Shown: positions 49,922 through 59,004, counted from the first letter of the stretch. The stretch: DNA of 64,000 nucleotides from Hyalangium minutum (GCF_000737315.1 NZ_JMCB01000015.1:62001-126000); one strand, 5' to 3'. The notes: generated by a model not told the origin, from the letters alone. Numbers and translations are program-made.

Positions 49922-50950
49922 CTACCACGGCAAGAGCCGGAAGTGCATCTGGGAGCGCTGCGTCTCCAGCTCCAGGACCACCACCTCACCCACGGAGTCC
50001 CACGCAGCGAGGCGTTTTCCCTCGATCCGGAGGCCCGCTCCGGTTCTGACGGAGGGCAGGGGATGTGAGCCTGGGATGAAGTGGGGCGCCGGGCCCTCGA
50101 AGGCGTGGACCCAGCGGGGCTCTCGTGCTTCGAGATCGAAGCACACCACCCCCATGTATGTCGGCTGGCGAAGGAGGAGCGCCACCCAGCGGCCGGAGCC
50201 CACCATCGCCGCAGCGCGAACCATGAATGGCCGTTCCCACGTCCCTTTCAAATCCTGGATCCGGCAGGTTCCCCAGGGCTCGTCCTCCCCCGGGCTGTCG
50301 ATCAAGTAGACCGGCTCACGGGTGAACGGCGGGGTCTCGCTTCCGACGAGGCGTTCGGCCAGGAGGAAGCGGCTCATGTTCTCCTCGCTGCTCCCGCCCG
50401 GGCGGGGACGCCCGAAGTCCGGGACTTCGACCGTGCTGCTGCCCACGTGCTCGAGAGAGGGGAGCGCGTAGATGTCCAGGTGCGAGGCCCCGAGCGAGCT
50501 GGTCCAGAGGTAGAGCTGGCCCAAGTGACGGCGGAGGCGGATCGGCCACATGAAGGGCACCTTCCCGGTGAGGATCCGCTCGAAGCCAGAGGCTTTTGCG
50601 TCGATGGCTTCGATGAAGTTGTCGACCCCCAGGCCCTGGTCGGGCGCGACGTACCACACGTTGCCGTCGAACGTGGGAGCGGCCACCGCGAACTCGGCCT
50701 CGCACCAGAAGGTGGCGGTGAGGGAGGTGAGCTCCAGCCGGTGGAGGGTCTGGAGCATGCCTCGCTTGGTGCTGCGGGCGATGGCGTGTTGCCCATCATC
50801 GGAGATTGTGAGGTGCGTGGCTGGGCAGCTCCACCGGTGCAGGTTCTTGCCGTTCGGGGCGTAGAGGCGAACGCCCTTCTCTCCCAGGGCGATCAGCGCG
50901 CCCCCGGTGCTCAAAGGGACCACGTCATGGATTCGGGGGACTGGAGTCAT
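49922..50950 (-). CDS. Beta-propeller-like protein resembling the C-terminal half of bpX6-type proteins
   Basis: GAGG before ATG 50950; GALIALGEKGVRL..ATHLTISDDG.HAIA..FWCEA..APTFDGNVWYVA; similarity recalled, not searched. Confidence 0.6.
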   Translation of the reverse strand: MTPVPRIHDVVPLSTGGALIALGEKGVRLYAPNGKNLHRWSCPATHLTISDDGQHAIARSTKRGMLQTLHRLELTSLTATFWCEAEFAVAAPTFDGNVWYVAPDQGLGVDNFIEAIDAKASGFERILTGKVPFMWPIRLRRHLGQLYLWTSSLGASHLDIYALPSLEHVGSSTVEVPDFGRPRPGGSSEENMSRFLLAERLVGSETPPFTREPVYLIDSPGEDEPWGTCRIQDLKGTWERPFMVRAAAMVGSGRWVALLLRQPTYMGVVCFDLEAREPRWVHAFEGPAPHFIPGSHPLPSVRTGAGLRIEGKRLAAWDSVGEVVVLELETQRSQMHFRLLPW

Positions 50951-50961
50951 GAGGACGCCTC

Positions 50962-52335
50962 TCAGTGGACCGGGCTGGAGACAGTGCGCACCGGCAGCCC
51001 CTCGATGGTGAACACGGGCACGGGACGCGCTTTGCCCTTCACAGGCACTTCTCCGAGTCCGCGCGTGGGCAGCACCCCCGCGACCGCGTCGCGCGTCCCG
51101 GGAGACAGCAGCAGCCGTGTCCCCAGCTCCTTGTTCAGCCCTTCGAGCCGGGAGGCGGTGTTCACCGTGTCGCCAATCACCGCGTACTCCACCCGCTGCG
51201 TCGCCCCGAGCGTCCCCACCACCACCGGCCCGGTGGCCACGCCGATGCCCATCTCCAGCTCGGGCAGCTCCCGCTCGCGCAGGCGGGCGTTGAGCGCCTC
51301 CATTGTCCCCAACATCTGGATGGCCGCGCGCACGGCCCGCTCGGCGTGGTCTCCCTGCCGGAGTGGGGCGCCGAAGGTGGCCATGATGGCGTCGCCGATG
51401 AACTTGTTCACCGTGCCGCCGTGCGCGTGCACCGCAGGGACAATGGCTTGGTAATGCGCGTTGAGCACCTCGAGCACTGCTCCGGGCGGCAGCTTCTCCG
51501 AGAGGGCGGTGAAGTTGCGCAGATCCGTGAAGAGGACCGTTACCTCCACCTGCTCGGCGCGGGCTTCCCCATTGGCGTCGAGGACGCCCCGGGCGACCTC
51601 GGGGGCCACGTACTTGCCAAAGAGCTGGATGACGCGGCTCTGCGCCGCGCTGGCGCGCCCCACCTGCCGGGCCAGCTCCCGCGCCCGCCGGGCCGTGAAC
51701 GCCACCACCGCCGTGCAGGCGATAAAGGCCACACCTCGGACGATCCACAGCAGCCCCGCGGGGAGGTTGGCGAACTGTTCCAGCAGCGCCGTGTCTACAT
51801 ACGGCCGGAGCACCCACAGCGAGGCGCCGGTAATCGCCACGGAGAACGCACCCGTGAGCACGCACGCGAGCGGATCCTGGCGCAGCCCTGCGGAGACCAG
51901 CGCGAAGAAGGCGATGAACGCCAGCGGCGCTGCCCCGGCGTAGAGGGCTGTCGGCACGCCGTGGCCCTGCTCGATGGCGCCGAGCACCGCCAGGAGGGTG
52001 AAGTCCGCCAGGACCAGTGCATCCAGCACCGCGCTGAGGCGCGCATACAGCGGCCGGTACCCGCTCCGGCGCACGAAGAGGTACCAGCCCCAGCAGACGA
52101 TCATCAGACCGCCGGCGATCCAGGGCAACAGCAGCCGCACGATCCTCGGCGTCTCGCCCGGGTAGCCGTTCGAGACGCTGTTGATGGCAACGGCCAGACT
52201 GAAGAACAGCGCCCGGACGAGCGAGACGAGGCGCTCGCCGTGCGCAGACTCCTGGCGCAACAGGTTTTCAATCTCCCGCTCCTCTTCCGGCTCGGGGCGT
52301 CGGACCGCTTCGGTGGGGGCATGGGGCGTGGCCAT
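50962..52335 (-). CDS. Membrane-bound class III adenylate cyclase
   Basis: About six hydrophobic helices, then VLFTDLRNFT, NKFIGDAIMA, GIGVATG, IGDTVNTASRLE. Confidence 0.92.
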   Translation of the reverse strand: MATPHAPTEAVRRPEPEEEREIENLLRQESAHGERLVSLVRALFFSLAVAINSVSNGYPGETPRIVRLLLPWIAGGLMIVCWGWYLFVRRSGYRPLYARLSAVLDALVLADFTLLAVLGAIEQGHGVPTALYAGAAPLAFIAFFALVSAGLRQDPLACVLTGAFSVAITGASLWVLRPYVDTALLEQFANLPAGLLWIVRGVAFIACTAVVAFTARRARELARQVGRASAAQSRVIQLFGKYVAPEVARGVLDANGEARAEQVEVTVLFTDLRNFTALSEKLPPGAVLEVLNAHYQAIVPAVHAHGGTVNKFIGDAIMATFGAPLRQGDHAERAVRAAIQMLGTMEALNARLRERELPELEMGIGVATGPVVVGTLGATQRVEYAVIGDTVNTASRLEGLNKELGTRLLLSPGTRDAVAGVLPTRGLGEVPVKGKARPVPVFTIEGLPVRTVSSPVH

Positions 52336-52369
52336 TGCGGCAAGGGTACCGCAGGGAGGCGCTTCGGTC

Positions 52370-52802
52370 TCAGCGCACGCCCAGCATCTCAGCGCGCATC
52401 CGCTCGAACTGCTCGGAGAGGAAGCCCATCACCCCGCGCACGCGCTCCACCTGGCGCGCCTCGCGAGAGGAGACCCGCCACACATCCTCCATGGGGAGCT
52501 CCACCTCGGGCAGCACGGGCCGCAGCTGCGGATAGCGGCCCGCGAGGATACACGGCAGTGAGGCCACCCCCTGGTGCGCGGCTGCCGCCTCCGACAGCGC
52601 CGCGTCGAACCCCACCAGCTCGTGCTGGGCCAAGTCCGGTGGGGCCTTCAGCGGGGGCGCGCGCTCCAGGTACTTGCCCGTGGCGTACAGCCGCCACGCC
52701 AGCTGTCCCACCTTGCGCGCCACCAGCGAGTCCCCTCGGGGCTTGAACGTGCGCACCCCCCCGTCCGCCTCCTGGCGGGCCAGGTCGAACAGGCGGGCCT
52801 GG
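52370..52802 (-). pseudogene. LysR substrate-binding-domain remnant (no HTH, probable internal deletion)
   Basis: RLFDLARQEADGGVRTFKPRGDSLVARKVG..YL....P....DL..H..VGF..LPCILA..RVRGVMGFL. Confidence 0.72.
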
Positions 52803-53035
52803 GGGCGCTGGCGTTGGCGAACGAGGCCTGGGCGAGGCTGTCCGATAGCCCGCGCTGGTGAGCTGGCAGGGCTTCCGCCCCCTGCGGCGCGAGCGCACCA
52901 ACACCCGGTTCAATCCCTCCAAGTCCGAGCGCGAGCTGGGGCTCACCTTCCGCCCCCTGGAGGAGACCTTCCGGGACGCAGTGGAGTGGTTCATCGCCCA
53001 CGGACAGGTGGAGCGCTCCCATCTGCCCTGGGCCG
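52803..53035 (+). pseudogene. C-terminal remnant of an NAD-dependent epimerase/dehydratase
   Basis: ALALANEAWARLS, frameshift near 52855, then SWQGF..RFNPSKSERELGLTFRPLEETFRDAVEWF; boundaries approximate. Confidence 0.62.
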
Positions 53036-53072
53036 CGCGGGTGCCGAGCACCTCGGCCGCCTGGGCTGGGGG

Positions 53073-53546
53073 CTACGCTGCCACGCTGTTCCCCATGCCC
53101 AGGGCCTCGTGGGCGAAGCGGGCCATGCGCTCGATGACGTGCTGGACTTCGTCCAGGACATTGCGGCCGGCCATGTTGGCGACATCCTCCAGCCGCTCGT
53201 TGCAGCGCAGATCCAGGCAGAGGTTCACGCCCACCCGGCGCTTCGAGTCCACGTCGGTGGTGAGCAGCCCCACCTGGTCGGACGTGCCATGGTTCCGGCA
53301 CCAGTCACACACATGGGGCATCACGTTCTTGTCGCCCTGCTGGTCCTTGCGGAAGGCGATGCCCAGGGGTTGCTGGCCGCCGGGCGGGGTGAACACGAGG
53401 AAGACGCGGACCCCGTAGGGATCGCTCCACGCGAAGTAGTCGCGGACGAAGAGAGGGAAACGGGTGCCCTTGGGCAGCTCGACGTGCTTGCGGTCCCGGG
53501 AGCGGAACGCGCGCAGCAGGTCTTTCTCGGTCTCGATGCGGAACAT
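53073..53546 (-). CDS. FBP C-terminal (FusB-like treble-clef zinc finger) protein
   Basis: DYFAWSDP..RVFLV, LGIAFR, CDWC, RRVGVNLCLDLRC; GAGGA RBS. Confidence 0.78.
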   Translation of the reverse strand: MFRIETEKDLLRAFRSRDRKHVELPKGTRFPLFVRDYFAWSDPYGVRVFLVFTPPGGQQPLGIAFRKDQQGDKNVMPHVCDWCRNHGTSDQVGLLTTDVDSKRRVGVNLCLDLRCNERLEDVANMAGRNVLDEVQHVIERMARFAHEALGMGNSVAA

Positions 53547-53555
53547 GGGTCTTCC

Positions 53556-54224
53556 TCAGTGGGCGGGGAGAACCGGCCTGCCCTGAATGGACACGTTGTT
53601 CTCCACGGGCTGTTTCGGAACCCGGAGGTGGTTCGTGGGGAAGTCCGGGTCAGCATAGCCGAGGGACAGCCCACAGAGGATCGCCTGCTCCTCGGGGATG
53701 GCGAGCACCCGGCGGATGGCCTCGGGGTACGTCGTGAGAGCGGCTTGGACGCAGGTGCCGATTCCACGCGCCGTGAGTCCGAGGACGAGGGTCTGCAGGT
53801 ACATGCCCACGCCCACGGCATCCGTGAGCCCGAGCTCCTTGTGCATGCAGAGGATGCCGACCATGGGAGCGCCGAAGAAGTCGTAATTGCGCAGGGACGC
53901 CTGGGCTCTCCCGGCGTCATCGTCCCGGGCGATTCCCATCGACCCGTAGACGATGGCGCCCAGCTCGCGGCGGTACGAGCGGAAAGAAGGTGGCAGCGGT
54001 GCCAGCTCCCGGGGATTCGTCTGGACCTCCTCCCGAAGAGCCTCGCGCAGCCGTTCGATGCAGTCCCCCTCGGCGAGGAAGAGGCGCCAGGGTTGGATGT
54101 TCGAGTTGGAGGGCGCGAACTGCGCGAGGGCCAAGGCCTCGGAGAGAAGCTCGTGAGGAATCGGAGTGGGGAGAAAGCGGCGGATCGAGCGGCGGTTGCG
54201 GACGAGGTTCTCGAAGTCAAACAT
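53556..54224 (-). CDS. Nitroreductase family protein
   Basis: RRSIRRF, APSNSNIQPW, YDFFGAP, GIGTCVQA, LCGLSLGYAD. Confidence 0.92.
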   Translation of the reverse strand: MFDFENLVRNRRSIRRFLPTPIPHELLSEALALAQFAPSNSNIQPWRLFLAEGDCIERLREALREEVQTNPRELAPLPPSFRSYRRELGAIVYGSMGIARDDDAGRAQASLRNYDFFGAPMVGILCMHKELGLTDAVGVGMYLQTLVLGLTARGIGTCVQAALTTYPEAIRRVLAIPEEQAILCGLSLGYADPDFPTNHLRVPKQPVENNVSIQGRPVLPAH

Positions 54225-54354
54225 GGCGAGCGCTTCTAACCTGGATCCAAAGCCCAGGTCCCCTCGTGCCAGCGCTTCAAGGTCTCTCCTGCTTCGAATC
54301 CCCGTTGCTGAGTTTCTCGATCGACTTCAATCCGAGCGGCCGGACGGTGAGCCG

Positions 54355-54918
54355 CTAGACCTCTTCGAAGCGCGTGCCCGTGGCGCCCAGACGCTCCATG
54401 GCGTCTTTGATCTCCTCGGAGACGAGCAGAGTTCCCGACCACCCTTCAGGACGGAACACCTTGGCGTTCCCCACCTCGGTTTTGTCGATGCGCATGTCAT
54501 CCACAGCCCAATACTTCCCCACCTTTTCCGGAACCCCATCCTCAGGGGTCCAAAACTGCACCTTGGAGGCTTTCTCGTCGATGCAACGGATGAGGCGCGT
54601 GGCCACGAGGACGAAGTACGGATCCGGCTGGCCCTCAATGTCTGCGGGGATGAGCTGAATATCGTTGGCGGCCAACTTCGCCAGTGGGGTAGCCACCTTG
54701 CTGTGGACAACTGGGATTCTCAAGCCCGCCCACGAGAAGTCGAGCGGCCTGCCAGGAATCTTGATGGGGATTTTCAACCGGCCCTCCACGTGCACGGGCA
54801 TTCCCTTCTTGAATTTCCAGTCGTGCACTTTGTGCCCCTGGCCGTCGGTGGGAGTGGCCAAGTACCAGCGGTGGGGCACAGAGAGGTCGTCAGCGAGGCT
54901 GAAGAAGCGCTGGGCCAT
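54355..54918 (-). CDS. Cognate immunity protein (Imm11/DUF1629-like)
   Basis: 15 bp after the toxin; RWYL..P, G.PLDFS, IPVVH, QLIP, IRCIDE..S, FRP.GW...L.VSE.IK.A.E..G.TG..FEEV. Confidence 0.8.
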   Translation of the reverse strand: MAQRFFSLADDLSVPHRWYLATPTDGQGHKVHDWKFKKGMPVHVEGRLKIPIKIPGRPLDFSWAGLRIPVVHSKVATPLAKLAANDIQLIPADIEGQPDPYFVLVATRLIRCIDEKASKVQFWTPEDGVPEKVGKYWAVDDMRIDKTEVGNAKVFRPEGWSGTLLVSEEIKDAMERLGATGTRFEEV

Positions 54919-54933
54919 TGGGACGTTCTAGCG

Positions 54934-56292
54934 TCAATGTCCCAGAGTGACGAGCTGATTGAGTTCCGTTCCGGGCGTGGCGATTTCGTTGGCCAACTTC
55001 TTGAGGGCGTCCGTCAGCTGCGCCCGGCATTCCATGACGCTACTGCACTCTCCCAGCGCCTCTTCCAACCGCTCGTAGACGAGCTGATGGTAGCGCTGCG
55101 GGTGAGGCCCCCGGTGCCCGCGGATGGGCACGATGTTTTCAGCATCCTGGAGTCTCATTCCCGCCTTGGCGAAGAGTTCCTCGAACAAGGGGGTCCAAGG
55201 GCCACCGCGCTGAGGGGACTTCTTGTTGGCGATGGTTGCAATGTGGTGCTTCTGTGTGCGGCCTTCGCGCCCTCCATTCGTTGCCATCGCCACCGCGCCC
55301 GGCCCCAGGGCCACGGTGAAGCCGTCGGCCGTCACCGCCACCGACTCCACCGCGCCCACCTCGGACAAGAGGACGGCTCCTTGTCCTGCGGCCTGCATCG
55401 ACACCTGCGCCGAACCGGGCAGCGTGTTCACCTGTTGGGCGAAGTCCTTCGCTGTGTGCGTCAGCAGCGCCATGGCTACCAGGGCGAACGCCTGTGCCGC
55501 CTCCCGCGAGAATAACCGGCCGAACCTCTCGCCCGCCTCGCGCAGCTGCTCGAAGGTGGTGGCCTCCTGCACCTCCTTCATCAACTGGAACCAGCCCGTT
55601 ATCAGCCGGTAGAGCGTCTTGGCGCCCACCCAGAGGATGAGCGCCACGGTGCCCCATGCGGCGATGAACTTGGTGACTGGGTCGGGCATGGCCAGCAGCA
55701 CCAGTAGCGTGACGACGGTGCAGATGGCTGCCTGAAGGACGACCTGCATGCTGACCATCTCGCCCAGCGCCTTCTCGAACTCCTCCAGCACCGGGCTTTT
55801 GCTCAGCGCCATGGCCCACATGTACCGGCCACGCAGGTCCAGGTACTTGCCGGCCACCAGTGCGCCCCCCAGACAATCCCCGTTGAACTGCTGCTCACTG
55901 CGGCACCACTCCGTGTACCGGGTGGCCCAGTACTGTTCCTGCTCCGTCAGCGCCCCCTCCAGGGGAGTGCCCCCCTCCAGCGGGACGAGCTTTCGCTCCC
56001 GCCGCAGGTACAGGTAGTCGCCGGAGAGAGCGTCGAGTTGGAACAGCCGCTCCACCGTCTCACGCGGGGAACCACTCAGGCGGACCTGCCGGGCCATTCT
56101 CTGGAGGGCTTGGGTGACTTCCTCCGGCGGCACTTCCACCGGCTCCACCTCGGCAGTTCGGGGGATGTGGAGGAGGGGTTGTCCCTGCGCGCCTGTCCCC
56201 ACCCGAATTGCTGGCACCGTGGCGCTGCACCCGGCCACCATGAGGGCAACCATCAGCGCTTCGAGCTTCCACAGCAGCTGCCACAGCCTCAT
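54934..56292 (-). CDS. SitA-type polymorphic lipoprotein toxin with AHH (HNH-family) nuclease tip
   Basis: Lipobox VAGC (Cys22); central region shared with 22558..23991; tip KHHIAT..GGPWTP.FEELF.KAGM..EN..GHRGPHPQRYH. Confidence 0.87.
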   Translation of the reverse strand: MRLWQLLWKLEALMVALMVAGCSATVPAIRVGTGAQGQPLLHIPRTAEVEPVEVPPEEVTQALQRMARQVRLSGSPRETVERLFQLDALSGDYLYLRRERKLVPLEGGTPLEGALTEQEQYWATRYTEWCRSEQQFNGDCLGGALVAGKYLDLRGRYMWAMALSKSPVLEEFEKALGEMVSMQVVLQAAICTVVTLLVLLAMPDPVTKFIAAWGTVALILWVGAKTLYRLITGWFQLMKEVQEATTFEQLREAGERFGRLFSREAAQAFALVAMALLTHTAKDFAQQVNTLPGSAQVSMQAAGQGAVLLSEVGAVESVAVTADGFTVALGPGAVAMATNGGREGRTQKHHIATIANKKSPQRGGPWTPLFEELFAKAGMRLQDAENIVPIRGHRGPHPQRYHQLVYERLEEALGECSSVMECRAQLTDALKKLANEIATPGTELNQLVTLGH

Positions 56293-56404
56293 GCGTACCC
56301 CCGTTTTGTGGGCAGGGCCGCAGGCTAAGGGGGCGCTACACGGGAGAGGAGGGCTCACCAGGTGGTGCTTGCCGCTCCACCCCGCACACTCAACAGGTGA
56401 GCCT

Positions 56405-56434
56405 CTAGGGACATCACCAACTAGGCTAGGGACA
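56405..56434. repeat. 9-bp direct repeat CTAGGGACA, two copies 21 bp apart
   Basis: Copies at 56405-56413 and 56426-56434, plus CTAGG at 56421, in a lower-GC intergenic segment. Confidence 0.75.
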
Positions 56435-56500
56435 AGAAGGAGCCTATGAGCGCTGGGGCCAGAAGCCGCTGAGACTTCAGCAGCTGACGACCTCGCCTCT

Positions 56501-56528
56501 TAGTGTTGCCGACAGGATTAAACCCGTC
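56501..56528 (-). other. Degenerate tRNA 3'-end-like fragment (possible att scar)
   Basis: GACGGGTTTAATCCTGTCGGCAACACTA: T-arm-like stem ACGGG/CCTGT, loop TTTAAT, 7 nt, A, then CTA in place of CCA. Confidence 0.3.
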
Positions 56529-56540
56529 AGGGCTCTGCCC

Positions 56541-57440
56541 TCAGCGCGCTGCAGCGAGCCGCCGCACCACCACCCCCGCCGCGTTCATCCCGAACGCAGA
56601 GGTGACGAACACCACGCTCCCATCAATCTGCGTCCGGTGGTCGCACGTGTGGAACTCATTGTCCTGCGGGCACACGCACAGGAAGCCGTCGCTGGCGTCG
56701 TCGTAGCGCAGTGCCACCGGCTGCCGTCGCGCCTCAATCGAATACACCGCCGTAATGCCCGTGTGCTTGTCCGTCTCCACCCCGTGCTTGCGCTTGAGCA
56801 GCTTGCGGATGTCCTTGGCGAACGGGTCCATGTGCGTCTCGGACAGGTCCTCCACGCGAATGGCCGTGGGGTCCAACCGTCCCGCCGCCCCCATGGAGCT
56901 CACCACCGGAATCCCCAGGCTCACACACCGGTGCAGTAGGTGCAGCTTCGCTTTCACGTTGTCGATGGCATCCACCACGAAGTCGTACTGGCCCGGCGGC
57001 AGCATCTGCTCGGCCAGTTCGGCCCGGTAGAACTCGCGCATCGCCTCCACCTTCGCGTCCGGGTTGATCTCCCGGCAGCGCTGCGCCATCAGCTCCGCCT
57101 TGGACTTGCCCACGCCCTTCACCGTGGCGTGCAGCTGGCGGTTGGTGTTCGTCACGCACACGTCGTCATGGTCCACCAGCGTCAGGTGGCCCACCCCGCT
57201 GCGCACCAGGCCCTCGGCCGCATAGCTGCCCACCCCGCCCAGGCCGAACACAATCACCCGCGCGCCCGCCAGCCGTTCCATCGCCGAGTCCCCCAGCAGC
57301 CGGCCCGTCCGGTCGAACCGCCGCGAGAGCTTGAAGGGTTTGGCCAGCGAGTTCACCCCGGGCGCCTGCTCGGAGGGCGCCGCCGGAGCCGGGGCCGAAG
57401 GGGTGTCAGTGGCGGGAGAAGTGGGCTGCAGCGTGTTCAT
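56541..57440 (-). CDS. tcdA: tRNA threonylcarbamoyladenosine dehydratase (ThiF family)
   Basis: GLGGVGS, DHDDVCVTNTNRQ, VDAID..K, SSMGAAG..DPT, DP.AK..RK.L, G.TAVYSIE. Confidence 0.88.
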   Translation of the reverse strand: MNTLQPTSPATDTPSAPAPAAPSEQAPGVNSLAKPFKLSRRFDRTGRLLGDSAMERLAGARVIVFGLGGVGSYAAEGLVRSGVGHLTLVDHDDVCVTNTNRQLHATVKGVGKSKAELMAQRCREINPDAKVEAMREFYRAELAEQMLPPGQYDFVVDAIDNVKAKLHLLHRCVSLGIPVVSSMGAAGRLDPTAIRVEDLSETHMDPFAKDIRKLLKRKHGVETDKHTGITAVYSIEARRQPVALRYDDASDGFLCVCPQDNEFHTCDHRTQIDGSVVFVTSAFGMNAAGVVVRRLAAAR

Positions 57441-57468
57441 GGGGGTCCTCTATAACGCGACCGCTTGC

Positions 57469-58266
57469 CTACCGCGAAGGCGGGGGAAACGCTTCCCGGA
57501 AGAAGCGGCGCGCATTGGCGGTCGTCCGCTGGGCGAGCACCTCGACGGGCTCTCCCCGCACCTTCGCCATGCCCTCCACAATCCGCGGCAGGTACCCTGG
57601 CTCCGAGCGCTGCCCCCGGTGCGGCGTGGGCGCCTGGTCCGGCGAGTCCGTCTCCGCCATCAGCCGCTCCAGTGGAATCGCCTTCAGCGCATCCAGCGGC
57701 TTGCGAGCCTCGGCCCAGGTGACGGGCCCCGCGAAGGAGAAGTGGCAGCCCTTCTGCACGTAGAAGCGCGCCAGCTCCACCCCGCCGCTGTAGCTGTGCA
57801 TCAGCACGCCCGCCTCGGGGAAGGGCTCCTCCTTGAGGAACTCGATCATCGCCGGGTGCAGCCGGTGGCAGTGCATCAGCACCGGCAGCCCGTGCTTGCG
57901 CGCCAGCGCCATGTGCCCTCGGAGCACATGCACCTGCCGCTCCAGCGGCGCCCCCGTCGTGGAGGGCCCATCCAGCCCGCACTCGCCCACCGCCACCGCC
58001 CCGCCCCGGGCCAGCAGCGCGTCCAGCCGCTCGAGGTGCTCCGTGTCCCTCTCGGGCGGCAGCTCCGGCAGCAGCTGCGGGTGGATGCCCAGCCCCACCT
58101 GCACCCGCGCGTCCTTCCGGGGCAGCTCCAGCAGCGGCTCCCAGGTGTCCGGGCCCACCGCGGGGATGACAATCCCTTCCAGGCCCGCGGCCCACGCCCG
58201 GGTGAGCACGTCGGGGCGATCCGGATCGAACCGCGAGGCATCCAAGTGACAGTGTGTGTCAATCAT
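57469..58266 (-). CDS. tatD: TatD family DNase
   Basis: IDTHCHLD, GIHP, VGECGLD, HSYSG, ETDSPD. Confidence 0.94.
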   Translation of the reverse strand: MIDTHCHLDASRFDPDRPDVLTRAWAAGLEGIVIPAVGPDTWEPLLELPRKDARVQVGLGIHPQLLPELPPERDTEHLERLDALLARGGAVAVGECGLDGPSTTGAPLERQVHVLRGHMALARKHGLPVLMHCHRLHPAMIEFLKEEPFPEAGVLMHSYSGGVELARFYVQKGCHFSFAGPVTWAEARKPLDALKAIPLERLMAETDSPDQAPTPHRGQRSEPGYLPRIVEGMAKVRGEPVEVLAQRTTANARRFFREAFPPPSR

Positions 58267-58391
58267 GGCCGACCCAGGGGCAGGAGGCCCCACACTCCGC
58301 CACTATGGCCACATCCCGGCACCGAAGGGAGCCTTGTCTCGCGCCGAGGATCCACGTAGGAGCGGGGCGCTTTCTCCAGAGGAGATACCCC

Positions 58392-58655
58392 ATGAAGCTC
58401 TCCGCCGCGCTCTGCTGCCTGCTCTTCGCTGCCTGTGCCACGACGGCATCCCAGGGAACGCGGAGCTCCGCCGAGGCCTGGATGGACGGGGGAGGGGGCC
58501 CTGGAGGCCGCACCGAGGAGACGCGCGAGCCGGTGCGCGTGGAGACGCCAGCGGGCACCTTCCTCGTGAGCCCGGGGCACCAGGAGGACTTCCAGAAGTT
58601 GCTCTCGGGCGAGCCCACGCGGGTGCCCTTCTACGCGGGCGCTGACAGCCCGTAG
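58392..58655 (+). CDS. Small hypothetical lipoprotein (87 aa)
   Basis: GAGGAG RBS; MKLSAALCCLLFAAC signal/lipobox. Confidence 0.68.
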   Translation: MKLSAALCCLLFAACATTASQGTRSSAEAWMDGGGGPGGRTEETREPVRVETPAGTFLVSPGHQEDFQKLLSGEPTRVPFYAGADSP

Positions 58656-58665
58656 CCTCTGGCGC

Positions 58666-58932
58666 TCAGGGCACCAGCACCACGCGGCGGCCCAGCGCCT
58701 TGGACAGCTGCGGCGAGCCCACCACCTTGAGCACCTCGGCCAGCTCTCCGCCGGCCGTGTCGAAGGCGGCGGCGATGAGCTCTCCCAGGGTGAGCGGCTC
58801 GGGCCGCGCCACGGGGGCCTTCACCCCCCGAGCGGCCTTCACCTGCCGCGCCACCCGCCGCAACGTGGGGAGCACCCGCCGCCCCTGGCGCCGGACTGGG
58901 CTGCCCTTTCGTGTTGTCGCCGTCTTGGCCAT
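58666..58932 (-). CDS. Small hypothetical protein (88 aa, basic N-terminus)
   Basis: GGAGGAG RBS; GC3-biased; C-terminal LTLGELIAAAFDT helix. Confidence 0.75.
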   Translation of the reverse strand: MAKTATTRKGSPVRRQGRRVLPTLRRVARQVKAARGVKAPVARPEPLTLGELIAAAFDTAGGELAEVLKVVGSPQLSKALGRRVVLVP

Positions 58933-58988
58933 GGGGCTCCTCCATCAAACCCGACGGGTTGTTCACCGGTGGGGATTCCTCCACAGAA

Positions 58989-59004
58989 AGCAAACACTGC
59001 GCCA
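58989..59004 (-). promoter_or_regulatory. Sigma-54 (-24/-12) promoter of the 88-aa gene
   Basis: TGGC-GCAGTGT-TTGCT on the minus strand, 56 bp before the ATG. Confidence 0.65.

Noticed and set aside
54236-54354. Short minus-strand ORF tail (..GFEAGETLKRWHEGTWALDPG*) between the immunity gene and nitroreductase
   Set aside because: No start or RBS of its own and no recognisable family; cannot be told apart from chance.
56501-56528. A functional tRNA gene
   Set aside because: No D-arm, anticodon arm or 5' acceptor strand; upstream sequence is the tcdA 3' end.
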